NCBI GenBank assembly: GCA_964016885.1
Contig: OZ024744.1
Location: 133,486,001 to 133,550,000 of the forward strand
Direction of reading: 5' to 3'
Source: Eledone cirrhosa
Lineage: Eukaryota
Length of the DNA: 64,000 nucleotides
The notes beneath the pieces were generated by a model that did no database searches, was not told where the DNA came from, and saw nothing but the letters and a program-made list of their open reading frames with translations. The stretch's first letter is position 1. Each line of letters opens with the position of its first letter. The position numbers and the translations under genes are program-made. Of the stretch, positions 24,101-36,860 are shown one piece after another.

Positions 24101-27100
24101 GGGGTTAAGTTAAGTTGGGGTTGAGTTAATTTGGGGTTAACTTAAGTTGGGGGTACTTAAGTTGGGTTTAAGTTAAGTGGGGTTAAGTTAAGTTGGGGTT
24201 AAGTTAAGTTGGGGTTAAGTTAAGTTGGAGGTAAGTTAAGTTGGGGGTAAGTTAAGTTGGGGTTATTTTAAGTTGGGTCAAATTAAGTTGGGGTTAATTT
24301 AAGTTGGGGTTAAGTTAAGTTGGGGTTAAATTAAGTTGGGGTTAAGTTAAGTTGGGGTTAAATTAAGTTGGGGTTAAGTTAAGTTGGGGTTAAGTTAAGT
24401 TGGGGTTAAGTTAAGTTGGGGGTAAGTTAAGTTGGTGGTAAGTTAAGATGGGGGTAAGTTAAGATGGGGTTAAGTTAAGTTGGGGTTAAGTTAATTTGGG
24501 GTTAAGTTAGGGTTAAGTTAAGTTGGGTTGAGTTAAGTTGGGGTTAAATTAAGTTGGGGTTAAGTTAAGTTGGGGTTAAGTTAAGTTGGGGTTAAGTTAA
24601 GTTGGGGTTAAGTTAAGTTGGGGTTAAGTTAGGTTGTGGTTAAGTTAAGTTGGGGGTAAGTTAAGTTGGGGGTAAGTTAAGTTGGGGTTTATTTAAGTTG
24701 GGTCTAATTAAGTTGGAGTTAAGTTAAGTTGGGGTTAAGTTAAGTTGGGGTTAAATTAAGTTGGGGTTAAGTTAAGTTGAGGTTAAATTAAGTTGGGGTT
24801 AAGTTAAGTTGGGGTTAAGTTAAGTTGGGGTTAAGTTAAGTTGGGGTTAAATTAAGTTGGGGTTAAATTAAGTTGGGGTTAAGTTAAGTTGGGGGTAAGT
24901 TAAGTTGGGGGCAAGTTAAGTTGGGGTTAAGTTAAGTTGGGGTTAAATTAAGTTGGGGTTAAGTTAAGTTGGGGTTAAGTTAAGTGGTGGTTATGTTAAG
25001 TTGGGGTTAAGTTAAGTTGGGGTTGAGTTAAGTTGGGGTTGAGTGAAGTTGGGGTTAAGTTAAGTTGGGGTTAATTTATGTTGGGGTTAAGTTAAGTCGG
25101 GGTTATGTTAAGTTGGGGTTGAGTTAAGTTGGGGTTAATTTAAGTTGGGGCTAAGTTAATTTGTGGTTAAGTTAAGTTGGGATTAAGTTAAGTTGGGGTT
25201 AAGTTAAGTTGGGGTTGAGTTAAGTTGGGGTTGAGTTAATTTAGGGTTAAGTTAAGTTGGGGTTAAGTTAAGTTGGGTTTAAGTTAAGTTGGGGTTAAAT
25301 TAAGTTGGGGTTAAGTTAAGTTGGGGGTAAGTTAAGTTGGGGGCAAGTTAAGTTGGGGTTAAGTTAAGTTGGGGTTAAATTAAGTTGGGGTTAAGTTAAG
25401 TTGGTGTTAACTTAAGTTGGGGTTTATTTAAGTTGGGGTTAATTAAGTTGAGGTTAAGTTAAGTTGGGGTTAAGTTAAGTTGGGGTTAATTTAAGTTGGG
25501 GTTTAGGTAAGTTGGGGTTAAGTTAAGTTGGGTTTATATTAAGTTGGGGTTAAGTTAAGTTGGGGTTAAGTTAAGTTGGGGTTCAGTTAAGTTGCGGTTA
25601 ATTTAAGTTGGGGTTAAGTTAAGTTGGGGTTAAGTTAAGTTGGGGTTAAGTTAAGTTGGGGTTAAGTCAAGTTGGTGTTAAGTTAAGTTGGGGCTAAGTT
25701 AAGTTGGGGCTGAATTAAGTTGGGACTGAGTTAAGTTGGGGTTAAGTTAAGTTGGGGTGAGTTAAGTTGGGGTTAAGTTAAGTTGGGGTTAAGTTAAGTT
25801 GGGGTTAAGTTAAGTTGGGGTTTAGTTAAGTTGGGGTTCAGTTAAGTTGGGGTTAAGTTAAGTTTGGGTTAAGTTGGGGTTAAATTAATTTGGGGTTAAG
25901 TTAAGTTGGGGTTTAGTTAAGTTGGGGTTAAGTTAAGTTGGGGTTAATTTAAGTTGGGGTTAAGTTAAGTTGCGGGTGATTTAAGTTGGGGTTAAGTTAA
26001 GTTGGGGTTAAGTTAAGTTGGGGTTCAGTTAAGTTGGGGTTAAGTTAAGTTGGGGGAAAGTTAAGTTGGGGGTAAGTTAAGTTGGGGGTAAGTTAAGTTG
26101 GGGTTAAGTTAAGTTGGGGTTAAGTTAAGTTAGGGTTAAGTTAAGTTGGGGTTGAGTTAAGTTGGGGTTAAGTTAAGTTGGGGTTATGTTAAGTTGGGGT
26201 TAAGTTAAGTTGCGGTTAAGTTAAGTTGGGGTTAAGTTAAGTTGGGGTTAAGTTAAATTGGGGTTAAGTTAAGTTGGGGTTAAGTTAAGTTGGGGTTAAG
26301 TTAAGTTGGGGTTAAGTTAAGGCGGGGTTAAGTTGAGTTGGGGTTAAGTTAAGTTGGGGTTAAGTTAAGTTGGGGTTAAGTTAAGTTGGGGTTAAGTTAA
26401 GTTGGGGTTAAGTTAAGTTGGGGTTTAGTTAAGTTGGGGTTCACTTAAGTTGGGGTTAAGTTAAGTTTGGGTTAAGTTGGGGTTAAATTAATTTGGGGTT
26501 AAGTTAAGTTGGGGTTTAGTTAAGTTAGGTTTAAGTTAAGTTGGGGTTAATTTAAGTTGGGGTTAAGTTAAGTTGCGGGTGATTTAAGTTGGGGTTAAGT
26601 TAAGTTGGGGTTAAGTTAAGTTGGGGTTAAGTTAAGTTGGGGTTAAGTTAAGTTGGGGTTAAGTTAAGTTGGGGGTAAGTTAAGTTGGGGGTAAGTTAAG
26701 TTGGGGTTAAGTTAAGTTGGGGTTAAGTTAACTTAGGGTTAAGTTGGGGTTGAGTTAAGTTGGGGTTAAGTTAAGTTGGGGTTATGTTAAGGTGGGGTTA
26801 AGTTAAGTTGCGGTTAAGTTAAGTTGGGGTTAAGTTAAGTTGGGGTTAAGTTAAATTGGGGTTAAGTTAAGTTGGGGTTAAGTTAAGTTGGGGTTAAGTT
26901 AAGTTGGGGTTAAGTTAGATTGTGGTTAAGTTAAGTTGGGGTTAAGTTAAGTTGGGGTTAAGTTAAGTTGGGGTTAAGTTAAGGCGGGGTTAAGTTGAGT
27001 TGGGGTTAAGTTAAGTTGGGGTTAAGTTAAGTTGGGGTTAACTTAAGTTGGGGGTACTTAAGTTGGGTTTAAGTTAAGTGGGGTTAAGTTAAGTTGGGGT

Positions 27101-27500
27101 TAAGTTAAGTTGGGGTTAAGTTAAGTTGGGGTTAAGTTAGGTTGTGGTTAAGTTAAGTTGGGGGTAAGTTAAGTTGGGGTTAATTTAAGTTGGGTCTAAT
27201 TAAGTTGGGGTTAAGTTAAGTTGGGGTTAAGTTAAGTTGGGGTTGAGTTAATTTGGGGTTAACTTAAGTTGGGGGTACTTAAGTTGGGTTTAAGTTAAGT
27301 GGGGTTAAGTTAAGTTGGGGTTAAGTTAAGTTGGGGTTAAGTTAAGTTGGAGGTAAGTTAAGTTGGGGGTAAGTTAAGTTGGGGTTATTTTAAGTTGGGT
27401 CAAATTAAGTTGGGGTTAATTTAAGTTGGGGTTAAGTTAAGTTGGGGTTAAATTAAGTTGGGGTTAAGTTAAGTTGGGGTTAAATTAAGTTGGGGTTAAG
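21160..27500 (+). repeat. Tandem duplication of an approximately 3121-bp block
   Basis: Offset 3121 for AAGATGGGGGTAAG (A 21327/24448) and TTTAGGTAAG (22381/25502). Offset 3122 for AACTTAGGG (C 23610/26732), after a 1-bp deletion at ~23466. Confidence 0.9.
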
Positions 27501-30500
27501 TTAAGTTGGGGTTAAATTAAGTTGGGGTTAAATTAAGTTGGGGTTAAGTTAAGTTGGGGGTAGGTTAAGTTGGGGGCAAGTTAAGTTGGGGTTAAATTAA
27601 GTTGGGGTTAAATTAAGTTGGGGTTAAGTTAAGTTGGGGTTAAGTTAAGTGGTGGTTATGTTAAGTTGGGGTTAAGTTAAGTTGGGGTTGAGTTAAGTTG
27701 GGGTTGAGTGAAGTTGGGGTTAAGTTAAGTTGGGGTTAATTTATGTTGGGGTTAAGTTAAGTCGGGGTTAAGTTAAGTTGGGGTTGAGTTAAGTTGGGGT
27801 TAATTTAAGTTGGGGCTAAGTTAATTTGTGGTTAAGTTAAGTTGGGGTTAAGTTAAGTTGGGGTTAAGTTAAGTTGGGGTTGAGTTAAGTTGGGGTTGAG
27901 ATAATTTAGGGTTAAGTTAAGTTGGGGTTAAGTTAAGTTGGGTTTAAGTTAAGTTGGGGTTAAATTAAGTTGGGGTTAAGTTAAGTTGGAGGTAAGTTAA
28001 GTTGGGGGCAAGTTAAGTTGGGGTTAAGTTAAGTTGGGGTTGAATTAAGTTGGGGTTAAGTTAAGTTGGTGTTAACTTAAGTTGGGGTTTATTTAAGTTG
28101 GGGTTAATTAAGTTGGGGTTAAGTTAAGTTGGGGTTAAGTTAAGTTGGGGTTAATTTAAGTTGGGGTTTAGTTAAGTTGGGGTTAAGTTAAGTTGGGTTT
28201 ATATTAAGTTGGGGTTAAGTTAAGTTGGGGTTAAGTTAAGTTGGGGTTCAGTTAAGTTGCGGTTAATTTAAGTTGGGGTTAAGTTAAGTTGGGGTTAAGT
28301 TAAGTTGGGGTTAAGTTAAGTTGGGGTTAAGTTAAGTTGGTGTTAAGTTAAGTTGGGGCTAAGTTAAGTTGGGGCTGAGTTAAGTTGGGGCTGAGTTAAG
28401 TTGGGGTTAAGTTAAGTTGGGGTTAAGTTAAGTTGGGGTTAAGTTAAGTTGGGGTTTAGTTAAGTTGGGGTTCAGTTAAGTTGGGGTTAAGTTAAGTTTG
28501 GGTTAAGTTGGGGTTAAATTAATTTGGGGTTAAGTTAAGTTGGGGTTTAGTTAAGTTGGGGTTAAGTTAAGTTGGGGTTAATTTAAGTTGGGGTTAAGTT
28601 AAGTTGCGGGTGATTTAAGTTGGGGTTAAGTTAAGTTGGGGTTAAGTTAAGTTGGGGTTAAGTTAAGTTGGGGTTAAGTAAAGTTGGGGTTAAGTTAAGT
28701 TGGGGGAAAGTTAAGTTGGGGGTAAGTTAAGTTGGGGGTAAGTTAAGTTGGGGTTAAGTTAAGTTGGGGTTAAGTTAAGTTAGGGTTAAGTTAAGTTGGG
28801 GTTGAGTTAAGTTGGGGTTAAGTTAAGTTGGGGTTATGTTAAGTTGGGGTTAAGTTAAGTTGCGGTTAAGTTAAGTTGGGGTTAAGTTAAGTTGGGGTTA
28901 AGTTAAATTGGGGTTAAGTTAAGTTGGGATTAAGTTAAGTTGGGGTTAAGTTAAGTTGGGGTTAAGTTAGATTGTGGTTAAGTTAAGTTGGGGTTAAGTT
29001 AAGTTGGGGTTAAGTTAAGTTGGGGTTAAGTTAAGGCGGGGTTAAGTTGAGTTGGGGTTAAGTTAAGTTGGGGTTAAGTTAAGTTGGGGTTAAGTTAAGT
29101 TGGGGGTAAGTTAAGTTGGGGTTAATTTAAGTTGGGTCTAATTAAGTTGGGGTTAAATTAAGTTGGGGTTAAGTTAAGTTGGGGTTAAGTTAGGTTGTGG
29201 TTAAGTTAAGTTGGGGGTAAGTTAAGTTGGGGGTAAGTTAAGTTGGGGTTAATTTAAGTTGGGTCTAATTAAGTTGGGGTTAAATTAAGTTGGGGTTAAG
29301 TTAAGTTGAGGTTAAATTAAGTTGGGGTTAAGTTAAGTTGGGGTTAAGTTAAGTTGGGGTTAAGTTAAGTTGGGGTTAAATTAAGTTGGAGTTAAGTTAA
29401 GTTGGGGTTAAGTTAAGTTGGGGGTAAGTTAAGTTGGGGGCAAGTTAAGTTGGGGTTAAGTTAAGTTGGGGTTAAATTAAGTTGGGGTTAAGTTAAGTTG
29501 GGGTTAAGTTAAGTGGTGGTTATGTTAAGTTGGGGTTAAGTTAAGTTGGGGTTGAGTTAAGTTGGGGTTGAGTGAAGTTGGGGTTAAGTTAAGTTGGGGT
29601 TAATTTATGTTGGGGTTAAGTTAAGTCGGGGTTAAGTTAAGTTGGGGTTGAGTTAAGTTGGGGTTAATTTAAGTTGGGGCTAAGTTAATTTGTGGTTAAG
29701 TTAAGTTGGGGTTAAGTTAAGTTGGGGTTAAGTTAAGTTGGGGTTGAGTTAAGTTGGGGTTGAGTTAATTTAGGGTTAAGTTAAGTTGGGGTTAAGTTAA
29801 GTTGGGTTTAAGTTAAGTTGGGGTTAAATTAAGTTGGGGTTAAGTTAAGTTGGAGGTAAGTTAAGTTGGGGGCAAGTTAAGTTGGGGTTAAGTTAAGTTG
29901 GGGTTGAATTAAGTTGGGGTTAAGTTAAGTTGGTGTTAACTTAAGTTGGGGTTTATTTAAGTTGGGGTTAATTAAGTTGGGGTTAAGTTAAGTTGGGGTT
30001 AAGTTAAGTTGGGGTTAATTTAAGTTGGGGTTTAGTTAAGTTGGGGTTAAGTTAAGTTGGGTTTATATTAAGTTGGGGTTAAGTTAAGTTGGGGTTAAGT
30101 TAAGTTGGGGTTAAGTTAAGTTGGGGTTATGTTAAGTTGGGGTTAAGTTAAGTTGCGGTTAAGTTAAGTTGGGGTTAAGTTAAGTTGGGGTTAAGTTAAA
30201 TTGGGGTTAAGTTAAGTTGGGGTTAAGTTAAGTTGGGGTTAAGTTAAGTTGGGGTTAAGTTAAGGCGGGGTTAAGTTGAGTTGGGGTTAAGTTAAGTTGG
30301 GGTTAAGTTAAGTTGGGGTTAAGTTAAGTTGGGGTTAAGTTAAGTTGGGGTTTAGTTAAGTTGGGGTTCAGTTAAGTTGGGGTTAAGTTAAGTTTGGGTT
30401 AAGTTGGGGTTAAATTAATTTGGGGTTAAGTTAAGTTGGGGTTTAGTTAAGTTAGGGTTAAGTTAAGTTGGGGTTAATTTAAGTTGGGGTTAAGTTAAGT

Positions 30501-32350
30501 TGCGGGTGATTTAAGTTGGGGTTAAGTTAAGTTGGGGTTAAGTTAAGTTGGGGTTAAGTTAAGTTGGGGTTAAGTTAAGTTGGGGGTAAGTTAAGTTGGG
30601 GGTAAGTTAAGTTGGGGTTAAGTTAAGTTGGGGTTAAGTTAACTTAGGGTTAAGTTGGGGTTGAGTTAAGTTGGGGTTAAGTTAAGTTGGGGTTATGTTA
30701 AGGTGGGGTTAAGTTAAGTTGCGGTTAAGTTAAGTTGGGGTTAAGTTAAGTTGGGGTTAAGTTAAATTGGGGTTAAGTTAAGTTGGGGTTAAGTTAAGTT
30801 GGGGTTAAGTTAAGTTGGGGTTAAGTTAGATTGTGGTTAAGTTAAGTTGGGGTTAAGTTAAGTTGGGGTTAAGTTAAGTTGGGGTTAAGTTAAGGCGGGG
30901 TTAAGTTGAGTTGGGGTTAAGTTAAGTTGGGGTTAAGTTAAGTTGGGGTTAACTTAAGTTGGGGGTACTTAAGTTGGGTTTAAGTTAAGTGGGGTTAAGT
31001 TAAGTTGGGGTTAAGTTAAGTTGGGGTTAAGTTAAGTTGGGGTTAAGTTAGGTTGTGGTTAAGTTAAGTTGGGGGTAAGTTAAGTTGGGGTTAATTTAAG
31101 TTGGGTCTAATTAAGTTGGGGTTAAGTTAAGTTGGGGTTAAGTTAAGTTGGGGTTGAGTTAATTTGGGGTTAACTTAAGTTGGGGGTACTTAAGTTGGGT
31201 TTAAGTTAAGTGGGGTTAAATTAAGTTGGGGTTAAGTTAAGTTGGGGTTAAGTTAAGTTGGAGGTAAGTTAAGTTGGGGGTAAGTTAAGTTGGGGTTATT
31301 TTAAGTTGGGTCAAATTAAGTTGGGGTTAATTTAAGTTGGGGTTAAGTTAGGTTGGGGTTAAATTAAGTTGGGGTTAAGTTAAGTTGGGGTTAAATTAAG
31401 TTGGGGTTAAGTTAAGTTGGGGTTAAATTAAGTTGGGGTTAAATTAAGTTGGGGTTAAGTTAAGTTGGGGGTAGGTTAAGTTGGGGGCAAGTTAAGTTGG
31501 GGTTAAATTAAGTTGGGGTTAAATTAAGTTGGGGTTAAGTTAAGTTGGGGTTAAGTTAAGTGGTGGTTATGTTAAGTTGGGGTTAAGTTAAGTTGGGGTT
31601 GAGTTAAGTTGGGGTTGAGTGAAGTTGGGGTTAAGTTAAGTTGGGGTTAATTTATGTTGGGGTTAAGTTAAGTCGGGGTTAAGTTAAGTTGGGGTTGAGT
31701 TAAGTTGGGGTTAATTTAAGTTGGGGCTAAGTTAATTTGTGGTTAAGTTAAGTTGGGGTTAAGTTAAGTTGGGGTTAAGTTAAGTTGGGGTTGAGTTAAG
31801 TTGGGGTTGAGATAATTTAGGGTTAAGTTAAGTTGGGGTTAAGTTAAGTTGGGTTTAAGTTAAGTTGGGGTTAAATTAAGTTGGGGTTAAGTTAAGTTGG
31901 AGGTAAGTTAAGTTGGGGGCAAGTTAAGTTGGGGTTAAGTTAAGTTGGGGTTGAATTAAGTTGGGGTTAAGTTAAGTTGGTGTTAACTTAAGTTGGGGTT
32001 TATTTAAGTTGGGGTTAATTAAGTTGGGGTTAAGTTAAGTTGGGGTTAAGTTAAGTTGGGGTTAATTTAAGTTGGGGTTTAGTTAAGTTGGGGTTAAGTT
32101 AAGTTGGGTTTATATTAAGTTGGGGTTAAGTTAAGTTGGGGTTAATTAAGTTGGGGTTCAGTTAAGTTGCGGTTAATTTAAGTTGGGGTTAAGTTAAGTT
32201 GGGGTTAAGTTAAGTTGGGGTTAAGTTAAGTTGGGGTTAAGTTAAGTTGGTGTTAAGTTAAGTTGGGGCTAAGTTAAGTTGGGGCTGAGTTAAGTTGGGG
32301 CTGAGTTAAGTTGGGGTTAAGTTAAGTTGGGGTTAAGTTAAGTTGGGGTT
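26200..32350 (+). repeat. Direct duplication at offset about 3911 (~26200-28440 and ~30120-32350)
   Basis: AACTTAGGG (C 26732/30643) and GAGATAATTT (A 27901/31812) are both offset by 3911. Both copies share GGAGGTAAG, TTATTTTAAG and GGGGGTAGG variants. Confidence 0.8.
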
Positions 32351-35300
32351 AAGTTAAGTTGGGGTTAAGTTAAGTTGGGGTTTAGTTAAGTTGGGGTTCA
32401 GTTAAGTTGGGGTTAAGTTAAGTTGGTGTTAAGTTAAGTTGGGGCTAAGTTAAGTTGGGGCTGAGTTAAGTTGGGGCTGAGTTAAGTTGGGGTTAAGTTA
32501 AGTGGTGGTTATGTTAAGTTGGGGTTAAGTTAAGTTGGGGTTGAGTTAAGTTGGGGTTGAGTGAAGTTGGGGTTAAGTTAAGTTGGGGTTAATTTATGTT
32601 GGGGTTAAGTTAAGTCGGGGTTAAGTTAAGTTGGGGTTGAGTTAAGTTGGGGTTAATTTAAGTTGGGGCTAAGTTAATTTGTGGTTAAGTTAAGTTGGGG
32701 TTAAGTTAAGTTGGGGTTAAGTTAAGTTGGGGTTGAGTTAAGTTGGGGTTGAGATAATTTAGGGTTAAGTTAAGTTGGGGTTAAGTTAAGTTGGGTTTAA
32801 GTTAAGTTGGGGTTAAATTAAGTTGGGGTTAAGTTAAGTTGGAGGTAAGTTAAGTTGGGGGCAAGTTAAGTTGGGGTTAAGTTAAGTTGGGGTTGAATTA
32901 AGTTGGGGTTAAGTTAAGTTGGTGTTAACTTAAGTTGGGGTTTATTTAAGTTGGGGTTAATTAAGTTGGGGTTAAGTTAAGTTGGGGTTAAGTTAAGTTG
33001 GGGTTAATTTAAGTTGGGGTTTAGTTAAGTTGGGGTTAAGTTAAGTTGGGTTTATATTAAGTTGGGGTTAAGTTAAGTTGGGGTTAAGTTAAGTTGGGGT
33101 TCAGTTAAGTTGCGGTTAATTTAAGTTGGGGTTAAGTTAAGTTGGGGTTAAGTTAAGTTGGGGTTAAGTTAAGTTGGGGTTAAGTTAAGTTGGTGTTAAG
33201 TTAAGTTGGGGCTAAGTTAAGTTGGGGCTGAGTTAAGTTGGGGCTGAGTTAAGTTGGGGTTAAGTTAAGTTGGGGTTAAGTTAAGTTGGGGTTAAGTTAA
33301 GTTGGGGTTTAGTTAAGTTGGGGTTCAGTTAAGTTGGGGTTAAGTTAAGTTTGGGTTAAGTTGGGGTTAAATTAATTTGGGGTTAAGTTCAGTTGGGGTT
33401 TAGTTAAGTTGGGGTTAAGTTAAGTTGGGGTTAATTTAAGTTGGGGTTAAGTTAAGTTGCGGGTGATTTAAGTTGGGGTTAAGTTAAGTTGGGGTTAAGT
33501 TAAGTTGGGGTTAAGTTAAGTTGGGGTTAAGTAAAGTTGGGGTTAAGTTAAGTTGGGGGAAAGTTAAGTTGGGGGTAAGTTAAGTTGGGGGTAAGTTAAG
33601 TTGGGGTTAAGTTAAGTTGGGGTTAAGTTAAGTTAGGGTTAAGTTAAGTTGGGGTTGAGTTAAGTTGGGGTTAAGTTAAGTTGGGGTTATGTTAAGTTGG
33701 GGTTAAGTTAAGTTGCGGTTAAGTTAAGTTGGGGTTAAGTTAAGTTGGGGTTAAGTTAAATTGGGGTTAAGTTAAGTTGGGATTAAGTTAAGTTGGGGTT
33801 AAGTTAAGTTGGGGTTAAGTTAGATTGTGGTTAAGTTAAGTTGGGGTTAAGTTAAGTTGGGGTTAAGTTAAGTTGGGGTTAAGTTAAGGCGGGGTTAAGT
33901 TGAGTTGGGGTTAAGTTAAGTTGGGGTTAAGTTAAGTTGGGGTTAAGTTAAGTTGGGGGTAAGTTAAGTTGGGGTTAATTTAAGTTGGGTCTAATTAAGT
34001 TGGGGTTAAATTAAGTTGGGGTTAAGTTAAGTTGGGGTTAAGTTAGGTTGTGGTTAAGTTAAGTTGGGGGTAAGTTAAGTTGGGGGTAAGTTAAGTTGGG
34101 GTTAATTTAAGTTGGGTCTAATTAAGTTGGGGTTAAATTAAGTTGGGGTTAAGTTAAGTTGAGGTTAAATTAAGTTGGGGTTAAGTTAAGTTGGGGTTAA
34201 GTTAAGTTGGGGTTAAGTTAAGTTGGGGTTAAATTAAGTTGGAGTTAAGTTAAGTTGGGGTTAAGTTAAGTTGGGGGTAAGTTAAGTTGGGGGCAAGTTA
34301 AGTTGGGGTTAAGTTAAGTTGGGGTTAAATTAAGTTGGGGTTAAGTTAAGTTGGGGTTAAGTTAAGTGGTGGTTATGTTAAGTTGGGGTTAAGTTAAGTT
34401 GGGGTTGAGTTAAGTTGGGGTTGAGTGAAGTTGGGGTTAAGTTAAGTTGGGGTTAATTTATGTTGGGGTTAAGTTAAGTCGGGGTTAAGTTAAGTTGGGG
34501 TTGAGTTAAGTTGGGGTTAATTTAAGTTGGGGCTAAGTTAATTTGTGGTTAAGTTAAGTTGGGGTTAAGTTAAGTTGGGGTTAAGTTAAGTTGGGGTTGA
34601 GTTAAGTTGGGGTTGAGTTAATTTAGGGTTAAGTTAAGTTGGGGTTAAGTTAAGTTGGGTTTAAGTTAAGTTGGGGTTAAATTAAGTTGGGGTTAAGTTA
34701 AGTTGGAGGTAAGTTAAGTTGGGGGCAAGTTAAGTTGGGGTTAAGTTAAGTTGGGGTTGAATTAAGTTGGGGTTAAGTTAAGTTGGTGTTAACTTAAGTT
34801 GGGGTTTATTTAAGTTGGGGTTAATTAAGTTGGGGTTAAGTTAAGTTGGGGTTAAGTTAAGTTGGGGTTAATTTAAGTTGGGGTTTAGTTAAGTTGGGGT
34901 TAAGTTAAGTTGGGTTTATATTAAGTTGGGGTTAAGTTAAGTTGGGGTTAAGTTAAGTTGGGGTTAAGTTAAGTTGGGGTTATGTTAAGTTGGGGTTAAG
35001 TTAAGTTGCGGTTAAGTTAAGTTGGGGTTAAGTTAAGTTGGGGTTAAGTTAAATTGGGGTTAAGTTAAGTTGGGGTTAAGTTAAGTTGGGGTTAAGTTAA
35101 GTTGGGGTTAAGTTAAGGCGGGGTTAAGTTGAGTTGGGGTTAAGTTAAGTTGGGGTTAAGTTAAGTTGGGGTTAAGTTAAGTTGGGGTTAAGTTAAGTTG
35201 GGGTTTAGTTAAGTTGGGGTTCAGTTAAGTTGGGGTTAAGTTAAGTTTGGGTTAAGTTGGGGTTAAATTAATTTGGGGTTAAGTTAAGTTGGGGTTATTT

Positions 35301-36860
35301 AAGTTAGGGTTAAGTTAAGTTGGGGTTAATTTAAGTTGGGGTTAAGTTAAGTTGCGGGTGATTTAAGTTGGGGTTAAGTTAAGTTGGGGTTAAGTTAAGT
35401 TGGGGTTAAGTTAAGTTGGGGGTAAGTTAAGTTGGGGGTAAGTTAAGTTGGGATTAAGTTAAGTTGGGGTTAAGTTAACTTAGGGTTAAGTTGGGGTTGA
35501 GTTAAGTTGGGGTTAAGTTAAGTTGGGGTTATGTTAAGGTGGGGTTAAGTTAAGTTGCGGTTAAGTTAAGTTGGGGTTAAGTTAAGTTGGGGTTAAGTTA
35601 AATTGGGGTTCAGTTAAGTTGGGGTTAAGTTAAGTTGGGGTTAAGTTAAGTTGGGGTTAAGTTAGATTGTGGTTAAGTTAAGTTGGGGTTAAGTTAAGTT
35701 GGGGTTAAGTTAAGTTGGGGTTAAGTTAAGGCGGGGTTAAGTTGAGTTGGGGTTAAGTTAAGTTGGGGTTAAGTTAAGTTGGGGTTAACTTAAGTTGGGG
35801 GTACTTAAGTTGGGTTTAAGTTAAGTGGGGTTAAGTTAAGTTGGGGTTAAGTTAAGTTGGGGTTAAGTTAAGTTGGGGTTAAGTTAGGTTGTGGTTAAGT
35901 TAAGTTGGGGGTAAGTTAAGTTGGGGTTAATTTAAGTTGGGTCTAATTAAGTTGGGGTTAAGTTAAGTTGGGGTTAAGTTAAGTTGGGGTTGAGTTAATT
36001 TGGGGTTAACTTAAGTTGGGGGTACTTAAGTTGGGTTTAAGTTAAGTGGGGTTAAATTAAGTTGGGGTTAAGTTAAGTTGGGGTTAAGTTAAGTTGGAGG
36101 TAAGTTAAGTTGGGGGTAAGTTAAGTTGGGGTTATTTTAAGTTGGGTCAAATTAAGTTGGGGTTAATTTAAGTTGGGGTTAAGTTAAGTTGGGGTTAAAT
36201 TAAGTTGGGGTTAAGTTAAGTTGGGGTTAAATTAAGTTGGGGTTAAGTTAAGTTGGGGTTAAATTAAGTTGGGGTTAAATTAAGTTGGGGTTAAGTTAAG
36301 TTGGGGGTAGGTTAAGTTGGGGGCAAGTTAAGTTGGGGTTAAATTAAGTTGGGGTTAAATTAAGTTGGGGTTAAGTTAAGTTGGGGTTAAGTTAAGTGGT
36401 GGTTATGTTAAGTTGGGGTTAAGTTAAGTTGGGGTTGAGTTAAGTTGGGGTTGAGTGAAGTTGGGGTTAAGTTAAGTTGGGGTTAATTTATGTTGGGGTT
36501 AAGTTAAGTCGGGGTTAAGTTAAGTTGGGGTTGAGTTAAGTTGGGGTTAATTTAAGTTGGGGCTAAGTTAATTTGTGGTTAAGTTAAGTTGGGGTTAAGT
36601 TAAGTTGGGGTTAAGTTAAGTTGGGGTTGAGTTAAGTTGGGGTTGAGATAATTTAGGGTTAAGTTAAGTTGGGGTTAAGTTAAGTTGGGTTTAAGTTAAG
36701 TTGGGGTTAAATTAAGTTGGGGTTAAGTTAAGTTGGAGGTAAGTTAAGTTGGGGGCAAGTTAAGTTGGGGTTAAGTTAAGTTGGGGTTGAATTAAGTTGG
36801 GGTTAAGTTAAGTTGGTGTTAACTTAAGTTGGGGTTTATTTAAGTTGGGGTTAATTAAGT
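27630..36860 (+). repeat. Tandem duplication of an approximately 4853-bp block (offset drops to 4836 after 1-bp and 16-bp deletions)
   Basis: Offset 4853 for GGTGGTTATG (27651/32504), GAGATAATTT (27901/32754), GTAAAG (28678/33531) and GGGATT (28929/33782). Offset 4836 for AACTTAGGG (30643/35479) and GAGATAATTT (31812/36648). Confidence 0.9.
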